DNA of 64,000 bases, from the NCBI GenBank assembly GCA_017405765.1, contig JAFQZS010000007.1:9424-73423 (forward strand), written 5' to 3'. Below, in pieces: positions 37,231-46,679 of this stretch. Under the pieces are notes generated by a model. That model searched no databases. It was given only the letters and a program-made list of their open reading frames with translations, and was not told the origin of the DNA. Made by a program: the position numbers and the translations under genes. The stretch's first letter is position 1; the number at the start of each line of letters is the position of its first letter. The DNA comes from Clostridia bacterium (GTDB lineage Bacteria > Bacillota > Clostridia > Oscillospirales > RGIG577).

Positions 37231-39358
37231 TTAACCTTTAAGCGCCGCTTTGTCTTCATACATAAGATTGTCGGCGCGCTCGAACACCTCGTCTGCCGAG
37301 GTATCCAAAGCGGCGTCAAAGTCAGCCATTCCCAGCGCTATCACAACTTTTCCTGTTCTGAGGTTTTCCCGTATCTGCTCTTTGAAGCGCACGCTTAAGG
37401 CATGTCTTTTCTCATAGTCGGAACCCTGAAGCACCGCCGCAAATTCATCGCCTCCTATGCGGAACACGGGACTGTGCTCCCAATTATGACAGATGATCTG
37501 GCAGGCGCTTCTTATATATGCGTCTCCTTCGATATGCCCAAGGCTGTCGTTTATCTTTTTCAGACCGTTTACGTCGCATATAACAACAGAAAATTCACTT
37601 ATCCGTCCTTTACGCACCTGTTGATTCAGATTTTCCATATATTCGATAAAAGCGGCTTTGTTCTTTACTCCCGTCATTTCGTCGCGATAGGCTTTCTCGT
37701 TTGCAATGCTTAGCTTCTTTTCGATCTCCTGCTCTTTTCTGATCTCCTGATCGATATTTATAACGCCTATGATAAGATGCTTGTTGTCCGAAGCCCAGAT
37801 AACGGACAGGCGCGCATACATGACGCCTCCTTCTACGATCAGGCGATATGTATGTGTGATCATATGCTTTCCCTGCAGCATCTGTATCATCGTCGGCTTT
37901 TCAAGTATTCTGTGAAAAGCATCCCTGTCCTCAGGATGTATTACCCTGTCGATATTTATGAGAGATTCCTTAAAGAAATTGTCTCCCGACGGGCGCACAT
38001 CAAGACTCTTATAAGTATCCGTGGAAGAGAATTCTATATAATGGTCGTTCAGCATGTTGACATAGTATATTGTGTCATACTGGTTTGCAAGACTTGTTGC
38101 AATCTGGAAGAAGGTCGCATTCTCGGCAAGAGTCTTTTTTATGGCGTTTTCCTTCTGTATCTCGCGTTCGATATTCATAACGCCCATTATAAGGTGCTTT
38201 CTGTCGTTTGCCCAAAAGACCGTCATCCTTGTATAACAGCTTTCTCCCCCCATGAGGAGCCTGTACGTCATAGTGAAGGTATCGTTTTGTTCAAGGGCTT
38301 TAAGCATCGTTTGTTTGTCGAGCGCTTCAAACACCTGTTCGCGGTCGTCGGGATGAACAATGGGCCCACATTGCGCTGAGACGTGCCGAAAAAATCGCTG
38401 CCTACGGGGCTTATGTTGAAATCTTTGTATTCATCGTATGCGGTAAACTCAATATAGCTGTTAGTCTCGGTGTCTATGTAATATATCATGCCGTATTGCT
38501 TTGCAAGGCTCTCCGCTATCTGCGAGAATATCATATTCTTCTCGGAGATATCCTTCATCGCTTCCTGGCTTTTTATCTCTTCGTCGATATTCTCGATCGC
38601 GATTATAAGGTGTTTATCATCGTCTACCCTCACGGCCATCAAACGTACATGGTGAGCTCCGTCGCTCATAATAAGCCTATACTCTAAAATATACTTTCTT
38701 CCGCGCCCGGTCACCGATATCATAAAATCTTTATCTGATATGTGCAGCACCTTTTCCAGATCTTCCGGATGTATAACGCGCATAACGTTTTTGCGCGTCT
38801 CTTCAAAAAAGTCGCTTCCCTCCTGAGGCACCTCAAGCTCCCTGTAATCGTTGCTTGAAGAGTATTCAACATAATGGTTCGAGGAGAGGTCTACATAATA
38901 TATCGTGGCATAGCGGTTCGCCAAAGTTTTCGCAATGGCGTTGTATGTTCTTGTCGATTGCTCTGTCCTTATAGACTCGTCAACATTCAGCACGCCCAAA
39001 ACAAGGCTGTCCTCCTCATCGGAGGGGTCTCTTAAAATGCGCATGGTATGATATACCGGCCTGCCGCCGATCATAAGCCTGTAAACAATGGAAAGAGTGG
39101 CGTTATCCCGAAGCTGCCGCAAAAGAGATTCCCTCTTCAGCGCTTCAGACACCATCTTTTGGTCGTCGATATAAACTGCGGTAAGCACGTCGCGCTGACA
39201 GTCGCCGAAGAAATCATCTCCCGAAGAATGAAGGTCCAGCTTCTGGTAGCCTAAATTCGTGCTGTAACATTCATATCTGCCCGATTTTAAGTCTATGTAA
39301 TAAACACTTAGTAATCGATAAGCAAAGCTGTGGCGACTCGCGCAATAATACTGTCCAT
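37231..39358 (-). pseudogene. PAS-repeat diguanylate cyclase (GGDEF) gene interrupted by frameshifts
   Basis: ORFs 37231-38334 and 38268-39188 carry the same repeated PAS-like module (..IYYVD/N....Y.E.SS...Y..L.....G.DFF......N..RVIHPED...YRL...G..). The downstream one ends in an intact RIGGDEF domain. The frames join if one G/C is added in the run at 38362-38367 (..QRNV|GPIVHPDDREQVFEAL..). The only RBS-preceded ATG (39358-39356, AGGGAGG) is out of frame and stops at 39308. Confidence 0.7.
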
Positions 39359-39404
39359 TATGGTCCTCCCTGCAATTCTTACCCGGCAGGTTATTTGTGC
39401 CGGA

Positions 39405-42203
39405 TCAATTCTTATGTCGTTTGTTTAATACGTCCGCAATGGTTTTCTGCACCACCTTTATATCGATGGGTTTTGCGATATGTCCGTCCATGCCTGCTTT
39501 TTTTGCCGCATGAACATCTTCGGTAAAAGCATTGGCAGTCATTGCTATAATAGGGATACCCGAAAGCTCCACGTTATCGAGCGCGCGTATCGCTTTTGTG
39601 GCGGTGTAGCCGTCCATAACGGGCATTTGAATATCCATTAAGACTAGATCATACGTCCCCGGCTCGGAAGAGGTTATCTTTTCAACGGCTATCTGTCCGT
39701 TTTCAGCCTTTTCGACCTCAAAGCCAAGCTGCTCCAGGATCATGGTCGCAATTTCCATATTTATCATGTTGTCCTCTACAAGCAAAATATGCGTACCTGC
39801 AAAATCATAGCTTTCTTCATGAGTATCCGACATTGAAGCCTCGGAGATATCACCCTGTTCTGCCAGCCGAAGCTTTAAGCGTATTATCATTTCCGTTCCG
39901 CTTCCCGGAGCGGTCATAACCTCAATGGTACCTCCCATAAGATCCACTATGCTCTTTGTGATAGAGAGGCCCAGACCCGTGCCCTCTATACCGCTGTCGG
40001 TGGATGTGCGTTCCCGCTCAAAAGCATTGAACATCTTTTCCGCAAATTCCTTTGACATGCCTATGCCGTTATCCTGGATACGCATTTCATAAGAGCTGTA
40101 GCCGTCCTCACCGTTTCCTATTTCCCATAACGCAGCGGAGATCTCGCCTCCGGTCGGAGTAAATTTATAAGCATTGCCTATAATATTCAAAAGCACCCTG
40201 TTTAAGTTCTTCTTGTCGCACCAGACGTATCGGTTCTTCACTTGAGAGGTGTGTACGGCAAAACTTATCTGCTTCTGTTTCATCTGCTCCGAAAACAGAT
40301 CTCTCATACCATCGAATACCGCACACAGATCGGTGGGTATATATTCAAGCTCGATTTTTCCGCTCTCAATACGGCTCATCTCAAGAATATCATTTATCAA
40401 AGCAAGCAAATGCTGGCTGGAAAGCTCTATTTTCCCAAGGTATTCGTGTACATTCTTTGACGCAGGCTCCTTCAAAGCAAGGTTCGTATAGCCGATGATA
40501 GCGTTCATCGGCGTTCGAATATCGTGAGACATATTGAATAAAAATTGGCTTTTTGCAAGGCTTCCTTCTACGGCGCGTATCTTTTCGCGTTCTGCCGTCT
40601 CATGCTTTTTACGCACAAAATTCTGCACATACAGCATTACCGTCATACCGACAAAGATTATTATCATAAGTATTGCTCCGCCCCATACAAGAGAAGAACG
40701 CACTTCTTCCATACTTTCGGCGTAAACAATGCGTTTTGCAAGCCACATAAGCGAGGAATATATAAGCAGCGCGAACAGCACGACACCAGAAGTGGAAATA
40801 CCGCTGTATTCAGTCAATGTGCTGTGACGCACGGTGCGCCAGTAGAATACAAAACCTACAAGGCACCAAAGCGACAAGAGAAGAAACGCCCAGCTGTTCA
40901 TGGCTTCCATAGCCGTAAGCCTGGGAACGAGCTGCACAATGGCAAACAGAACGGAAACCGCCGTGCCTATTATGCCAAGCACGACTCTTTTGTTCTTTCC
41001 TTCTGTTTTTGCTATCTTCCATGCGGCGGCAGATGTGTATCCGAATCCCACGATAGCTCCGAAAGAGGTAATATCGACAAACCACGTCAGCGTGTTTCGG
41101 CCGAGAAATGCTATTATGATAGAGATCAGCATGATGAACAAAATACTGTAGGTCGTTTTTGAAAACTTCTCCGAAAGTATCTTGTCCTCCGCCATGGTGG
41201 ACAATATTCTCGTTGTGGCGCGATAACCTCCGATTATACCCGTCAATATTGCGGAAATTGCAGTTATAGCCATTATAAATATCCCCGCAGTGCCCATATA
41301 ATGTCCTGCGGCATAAAAAGTCGGTACTGCGGTGACTCCGCCAAGCGTATCTATAGAAGAAATATACTCCTGCCACGAATCGAAACCGTCAGGAACGGCA
41401 GCCACGCTCGTAATCGCCATGGACAGATAGGCAATAGCAGCTACGATGATCGAGAGTCCGATAAGAAGGCTTGACTTTTTTATCGGGAACTTAAAATGCG
41501 CCGTATCAAAGGATGTGACTTCGAAGCCGACAAATGCCCACGGTGCAAGTATCACAAGGCTGAAAACTGCGTATCCCTTGCTTACGCCGCTCGTTCCGAA
41601 TGATGTAAGCGCTCCGCTTGAAAAGGCATGAGGCAAACATATGACTGCCGTTATGATAACACCGGCAAGAAGCAAAAGCGCAAGGAGAGTATGGAGGCGC
41701 TGAAGCAGCGGCTTTGCCACTATGAAAAGAACGCCAACGCCGCCAAGCACAAGCGCCGACACAAGCGTCTCCGTGGGATATATTATGTTTCCCGCTATCG
41801 TATAGTGAAACTCTGTCTGCAGTGTGCTTCCAAGCAGCATCCTAATTATGTAGAACAGAGCAGTGCCGTTTAAGAATACGATAGTAAGATACGAAAGACA
41901 AAGAAACCATGAACTCAAAAAGGCATGATCGCGCCCAAAGGCTTCTTTCGTATATGAATATATGCCGCCCGTTATCGATGAGCGGCCCATGAGATATGAG
42001 AAATTGCTGCCTATTATCAACATGATAGCCATTCCTATGACCATGGCAATAAGCGTTCCGGCCGGTCCGGCAACAGGCAGGAACGTATTTCCGGGCATGG
42101 CAAACACACCCCAGCCGACCATAACGCCGAACGCCATTGCCCAAACGTCCAGCGGTGAAAGATACCTGTCCAGAGCTTTTGTTTTTTCCTGCTGTCCAAC
42201 CAT
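39405..42203 (-). CDS. APC-family permease-like domain fused to hybrid histidine kinase (HisKA-HATPase_c-REC)
   Basis: ORF 39405-42485, with the start set at ATG 42203 after AAAGGGGAGG (MVGQQEKTKALDRYLSPLDVWAMAFGVMVGWGVFAMPG...). This is the N-terminal signature of amino-acid/polyamine/organocation permeases. About 550 aa of TM helices follow, then the H-box FLFNMSHDIRTPMNAIIGY, DNGIGM...GTGLGL, and REC (ILLVEDN...LVLMDIQMPVMDG). Confidence 0.85.
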   Translation of the reverse strand: MVGQQEKTKALDRYLSPLDVWAMAFGVMVGWGVFAMPGNTFLPVAGPAGTLIAMVIGMAIMLIIGSNFSYLMGRSSITGGIYSYTKEAFGRDHAFLSSWFLCLSYLTIVFLNGTALFYIIRMLLGSTLQTEFHYTIAGNIIYPTETLVSALVLGGVGVLFIVAKPLLQRLHTLLALLLLAGVIITAVICLPHAFSSGALTSFGTSGVSKGYAVFSLVILAPWAFVGFEVTSFDTAHFKFPIKKSSLLIGLSIIVAAIAYLSMAITSVAAVPDGFDSWQEYISSIDTLGGVTAVPTFYAAGHYMGTAGIFIMAITAISAILTGIIGGYRATTRILSTMAEDKILSEKFSKTTYSILFIMLISIIIAFLGRNTLTWFVDITSFGAIVGFGYTSAAAWKIAKTEGKNKRVVLGIIGTAVSVLFAIVQLVPRLTAMEAMNSWAFLLLSLWCLVGFVFYWRTVRHSTLTEYSGISTSGVVLFALLIYSSLMWLAKRIVYAESMEEVRSSLVWGGAILMIIIFVGMTVMLYVQNFVRKKHETAEREKIRAVEGSLAKSQFLFNMSHDIRTPMNAIIGYTNLALKEPASKNVHEYLGKIELSSQHLLALINDILEMSRIESGKIELEYIPTDLCAVFDGMRDLFSEQMKQKQISFAVHTSQVKNRYVWCDKKNLNRVLLNIIGNAYKFTPTGGEISAALWEIGNGEDGYSSYEMRIQDNGIGMSKEFAEKMFNAFERERTSTDSGIEGTGLGLSITKSIVDLMGGTIEVMTAPGSGTEMIIRLKLRLAEQGDISEASMSDTHEESYDFAGTHILLVEDNMINMEIATMILEQLGFEVEKAENGQIAVEKITSSEPGTYDLVLMDIQMPVMDGYTATKAIRALDNVELSGIPIIAMTANAFTEDVHAAKKAGMDGHIAKPIDIKVVQKTIADVLNKRHKN

Positions 42204-42541
42204 AAATAAGGCCTCCCCTTTATTTGCCTGATTTGCGATTCTCGCTTTAGGGGCTGTATGTTCTTCATGACTCGATGCGTTTTTAAATACTATTAAAAGG
42301 GCTTCATCCTTGCCCCCCAACAGACACGCATATCTTTGTCCCGGATCTAAAAGCCAACTGTACGGTTTCTTTAAAATCATCCGAGCAAAGAGATTGCATT
42401 TGATCAAGCCATTATACCGCAAGCAAAAATGCTTGCTCGCAAAGGCATTTTTGCGACGTGATTCAATAAAGCGTGCCATACGCAAGTATGGCCGGCGCGT
42501 CCGCGCCGAAAGGCTGCTCTTTGGGCAGGCTTTACGCGCAT

Positions 42542-42570
42542 ATTATACCATATCGACAGTTTAATATCAA
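42542..42570 (-). promoter_or_regulatory. strong sigma-70-type promoter upstream of the permease-kinase gene
   Basis: Minus strand: TTGATA (42570-42565), 17-nt spacer, TGGTATAAT extended -10 (TATAAT at 42547-42542). It lies about 340 nt upstream of the ATG at 42203. Confidence 0.55.
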
Positions 42571-42820
42571 CGAAAATACGGCCTCTTTTGAATCCGAAAA
42601 TGGCATGACGCATATTGCGGCCGTTTTGCAAAAAAGCGCGCCTTGCATATTATAAAACGTCAATGTATAAAAAAGCCTTGCGGCGCGTTCTTAATTGCGG
42701 CACAAGACTCTTTCACAATATTCGATTTTCGCCCAAAGATCATGCTTCAAGCGTTCTAAAGCCGGCGTTATTTTGATCTTTGTTTTCATTGCCGACAAAA
42801 TGCAGCTCAGAACATGAGAT

Positions 42821-43144
42821 CTACCCGCCGACTGCGCGTATTGCAAGCTCCGCTATAAATACGCCGGCCGACGCGCCTACGGCGACCAAAATAAGGCTCC
42901 GCTTCATAAGCGCAAGCACGAGCGCGGCGGCGACGCCTGCCGCAGCGGAGAGCACGTGATCCGTTGCAAAGAAAACGGCGGGGACGGTCATAACGCTCAA
43001 GACTGCGTATGGCATATAATGAAGGAACGAGAGCGCGAAGCGGTTCTCTATCTTTTTCTTAAATAGAACGAGCGGCACGGCTCTGATAAAGTATGTAACC
43101 AGCGCCATTGTGATAAGGTAAGGGAGAAACGCATCAAAATCCAT
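42821..43144 (-). CDS. azlD: branched-chain amino acid transport protein AzlD
   Basis: 107-aa hydrophobic ORF overlapping the end of azlC. The size and pattern (LVTYFIRAVPLVLF) are typical of AzlD. Confidence 0.8.
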   Translation of the reverse strand: MDFDAFLPYLITMALVTYFIRAVPLVLFKKKIENRFALSFLHYMPYAVLSVMTVPAVFFATDHVLSAAAGVAAALVLALMKRSLILVAVGASAGVFIAELAIRAVGG

Positions 43145-43859
43145 GGCTGTCCTCCTTTTGCTCTATCGGGAAAAATGCCGCCGTTACAGCCGCCGCGATC
43201 ACCGAGCATATGATTATCACAAAGCCCGTCTGCACGCCCGAAAGAAGCGGCAGGAACTTAAACAGGCATGAAAGAGCTACGGCGAGCGAAACGCAGAAAA
43301 GGATGTGCCTGTTCTCCTTCGCCGGAGGAACGACGATGGCTATGAACATGCCGTATATCGCAATCCCCAGCGCGGATATCACCATCGTCGGAAGGATACT
43401 GCCCGCAAATGCTCCGACCGCCGTTCCCGCCGTCCATCCCAAGAACGGCGTAAGTATCAGCCCGAACATATACTGCCGACTGACCGACTCATGCGACGAC
43501 GCGACAGCGAACACCTCGTCCGTGTTGACGAACGCTATGATAAAGCGGTCTGAAAGCCTTATGCTTTCGTCAAACTTTTGCGAAAGCAATATGCTCATAA
43601 GCGCATACCTTAGATTTATGATGAACTGCGCGACTGCAAGCTCGAACAGCGTTCCGCCCGAAAGGATTATCGGCACTGCGGCAAGCTGCCCCGCAGAGGT
43701 GACGTTCGTTGCGGATATGAGCGTTGCCTGAAGCGGAGAAAGCCCGCTTGCTACCGTAAAAATGCCAAAAGCAAAGGCTACCGAAAAGTAGCCTATGCAA
43801 ATAGATGTTCCGTCTTTTATCCCCTGCGAAAACAGGGCTGCCTTATATGATGATGCCAA
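43134..43859 (-). CDS. azlC: AzlC family branched-chain amino acid transporter subunit
   Basis: ORF 43134-43913. GIKDGTSICIGYFSVAFAFG ... INLRYALMS matches AzlC. A likely TTG start at 43859 is preceded by GGGAGGA. Confidence 0.8.
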   Translation of the reverse strand: MASSYKAALFSQGIKDGTSICIGYFSVAFAFGIFTVASGLSPLQATLISATNVTSAGQLAAVPIILSGGTLFELAVAQFIINLRYALMSILLSQKFDESIRLSDRFIIAFVNTDEVFAVASSHESVSRQYMFGLILTPFLGWTAGTAVGAFAGSILPTMVISALGIAIYGMFIAIVVPPAKENRHILFCVSLAVALSCLFKFLPLLSGVQTGFVIIICSVIAAAVTAAFFPIEQKEDSHGF

Positions 43860-43889
43860 AGTATATCCTCCCGATAATGATACAATCTG

Positions 43890-43919
43890 ATTATAGCGTA
43901 CCAAGACCCGCATTGTAAA
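43890..43919 (-). promoter_or_regulatory. putative azlCD promoter
   Basis: Minus strand: TTTACA (43919-43914), 18-nt spacer, TATAAT (43895-43890). Confidence 0.5.
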
Positions 43920-44138
43920 GCTTTTTGGCTAACTGCCGCGGCTATGACGGCGTTTTTTCGTTGTTCTTGTGATGGTCGGGGATTTTTTGAGATGTGGTAT
44001 GATTTTTTCGCTTTTCTGCGCAAGTACATAATTGAACATAATTCAAGTTCAAAATGACATTCTCGTTGAACCCTTATAGCCCGATAAGCGGCGTTACGTT
44101 AGTGTCGTTCCTTGGGTATTTTCAAGGCGTCAGGATAT

Positions 44139-44178
44139 AAAAAAGCCTTGCAGCTACAGCTTCCTGCAGCTGCAAGGC
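44139..44178 (-). terminator. intrinsic terminator after the 654-aa LRR gene
   Basis: 11-bp perfect stem gccttgcagct/agctgcaaggc (44145-44178), followed on the minus strand by TTTTTT. Confidence 0.8.
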
Positions 44179-44315
44179 ATAATTTCGGTTTGCAATGTCG
44201 TTTCGGCAGCTTACTCCCTCACAGGCTCATTTTGTTTGTAATTTTAAATCCATCGTGAATAAGTAATGTTTAAAGCGCAAAACAAATTCCACTTCGGGAT
44301 CGGTCGGCGTACCGA

Positions 44316-46280
44316 CTATCCGGCAGTACCGAAGCATTCTGTCAAAGGCCTCATGGTTTCATCAAGGAGCATCACTTTAAGGGATGCTGCCCCGAAGGCA
44401 TTATCAAACGTAAATGTGAGCGTCATTCCGCTGTCATATGGGACCGCTTCCGCCATTCGCAGCGCGAGCAGCCTGCCGTTCGAATCGCAGACTGCCGCAA
44501 AACAGAATGCCTTCCTCGAAACGTTCACGTCCACAACAAGCTTTTCGCCTTTTTGAATATCTTCCACTATGCGCTTTACGTCAGAACCGGAGACCGTCGT
44601 AACGGCAGCTATGCCTTCCGACATGGTATGTGCAGATGAGTTATAGTGGATCACGACGCTATTAAGCGGTTCATTATCGGTATCGACAAAAACCTCGGCC
44701 CATTTGTCCTCATCTCCGCCGTAATAAACGTCGGACAGGCGGCCGCAGTCCTTGAATGCCCTTTGGCCGATGACGGTAACAGTGTCGGGGATCGTTACGG
44801 TGGTCAACGAAATGCAGTTATTGAACGCCGAAACCGGAAGCTTTGAGAAGCTGTTCGGGATCGTTACGTTTTTTAGGCTTACGCAATTCCAGAATGCAGC
44901 TTTGCCGAGGGTCCTAAGCCCGTCGGAAAGCGTAAGGCCGGACAGACTGCTGCAGTCCGCAAAAGCATAATCTCCGAAATCGGTCACGTTTTTGGGAATA
45001 ACGATCCCGCCAAGCTGCCCGCATCCCCGGAAAGCATCTTCCCCGATCACCTCAAGACTTTCCGGAAGATAGACCGTGTGCAGGCTTTCGTTTTTGAAAA
45101 AGCCTCTGTAGCCGATCTTCCAAAGGCCCTCCGGAAGGATAACGGAGGTCAGATTCGAGCAGCCGGCAAAAGCATAATTTCCTATGAGAGTAAGACTTTC
45201 GGGAAAAGAGATCTCCGTAATGCTATCGCATCCGGAGAACCCGTTTGCTCCGATCGTCTCAAGATGAGCGGGAAGATCCACATGCTCGAGGCTGTCGCAT
45301 TCGCTGAATGCCCCGTTCCCTATATAGGTGACGCTGTCCGGGATCGTCACATCGGTCATGCTTCTGCAGGCATAGAATGTCCCGTTAAGCGCAGTGATCT
45401 GATTAGATACCTTCGCGCGGGTCAGGGATTCGCACCCGAGGAAAGCGTCTTCCCCAAGAGAAGCGACGCTGTCCGGCACGTCGATTTCCGTCAGGCTTTT
45501 ACAATCGCAGAAAGCCTCTTCTCCGATCGATTCAAGTCCGTCGGGCAATGTTATACCGTCCAGCGCTAGGCAGGCATAGAAGGCTCCATTCCCGATCGTC
45601 TTCATTCCATCGGGAATATGGATATCGGTAAGCTCGAAACACTCATAGAACACATAACTTCCGATCGAGGTGAGACTGTCGGGGATCGTGACGTGCTTAA
45701 GCTCCCAGCATTGCCTGAAAAGCTTGGATTCCAGGGTCGTGAGCGTATTCGGAAGCGTAACGCTCTTAAGTACGTAGCATTCGTTGAACGCAGATACGCC
45801 TATGGTGACGACGCTGTCCGGGACAGTGACGCTTTCCAGACTTCCGCATTTGTAAAACGCTTCTTTGCCGATGGACGTGACCCCGTCAGGGATAGTGATC
45901 TCCCGCACGTAAAAGTTGCTCTCGAAGGCGTTATCTCCGATTTTGGTGATGCCGGAAGGAAGCGACACGCTTTCCATGTTAAAGCAGTACTGAAAAGCAT
46001 GATCCCCGATACTCGTGACCCCGGGCATCACCTCAACGGAGGTTATGGAGATTTCGGATCTTCTGTAGTCATACCAAGGGCACTCAGTATAATAATTGTA
46101 ATCCGCCATCGCGCCGCTGCCGCTGATGGTCAGCTTTCCGTCGCTGTCCAGCGTCCAGACCACATTGTCCCCGTCCGCGCCGCACGTCCCGCCGGCGACT
46201 GTGTCCGCCGCATATACCGGCAGGCAGAATACTGCGTTCATGCAGAGCATAAGAACGATGGATACGATGATTTTTTTCAT
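44316..46280 (-). CDS. secreted BspA-type leucine-rich-repeat surface protein with shared C-terminal module
   Basis: 654-aa ORF with the signal peptide MKKIIVSIVLMLCMNAVFCLPVYA. It has about 20 repeats of the form L.SV.IPD.V..IG..AF..C..L. The last ~74 aa match the C-terminal module of three other proteins in this window. Confidence 0.88.
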   Translation of the reverse strand: MKKIIVSIVLMLCMNAVFCLPVYAADTVAGGTCGADGDNVVWTLDSDGKLTISGSGAMADYNYYTECPWYDYRRSEISITSVEVMPGVTSIGDHAFQYCFNMESVSLPSGITKIGDNAFESNFYVREITIPDGVTSIGKEAFYKCGSLESVTVPDSVVTIGVSAFNECYVLKSVTLPNTLTTLESKLFRQCWELKHVTIPDSLTSIGSYVFYECFELTDIHIPDGMKTIGNGAFYACLALDGITLPDGLESIGEEAFCDCKSLTEIDVPDSVASLGEDAFLGCESLTRAKVSNQITALNGTFYACRSMTDVTIPDSVTYIGNGAFSECDSLEHVDLPAHLETIGANGFSGCDSITEISFPESLTLIGNYAFAGCSNLTSVILPEGLWKIGYRGFFKNESLHTVYLPESLEVIGEDAFRGCGQLGGIVIPKNVTDFGDYAFADCSSLSGLTLSDGLRTLGKAAFWNCVSLKNVTIPNSFSKLPVSAFNNCISLTTVTIPDTVTVIGQRAFKDCGRLSDVYYGGDEDKWAEVFVDTDNEPLNSVVIHYNSSAHTMSEGIAAVTTVSGSDVKRIVEDIQKGEKLVVDVNVSRKAFCFAAVCDSNGRLLALRMAEAVPYDSGMTLTFTFDNAFGAASLKVMLLDETMRPLTECFGTAG

Positions 46281-46679
46281 GTTTTCAAGCCTCCGCTTTC
46301 GGCTTTACGCTTTTTTACATTTCATTCACAGGTCTTTTCTTAAGCGACCCGCAGCAGGACGGTTTATCCCAAAGCCGCTTAATTTCGTGCCGCGTAATAC
46401 TGAGCCTCGCCGGGAAAATCACCGGCCATTTCACCGATCTCAAATTTGGGAAGCAGCAATACTTTCACCGACATGGGCAAAAACTGCACAATCGTTTCTT
46501 CAGCCTATAGAGACAACGCTCACCGCGATCAGAACAAAAGCAAAAAAGTGAACAGCAATTTCTGCATTGTTTTTTCTCACTTAAAACACGATTTGCCGAC
46601 ATTTGCAGACAGTCTTATGACTCAACACACATATTTCTCCGTTCACTGTTTTGGGATATCGTCCTTTGGGAATCATAAA

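Noticed and set aside
39383-39403. Hairpin ccggca-ggttatttg-tgccgg right after the permease-kinase stop, considered as a terminator
   Set aside because: It has only a 6-bp stem, a 9-nt loop and no U-run on the minus strand, which is insufficient to call a terminator.
42204-42485. 94-codon N-terminal extension of the permease-kinase ORF (start at 42485)
   Set aside because: The extension is basic and Cys-rich and has no hydrophobic or domain character. The internal ATG at 42203 has a strong AAAGGGGAGG RBS and begins exactly at the permease signature.
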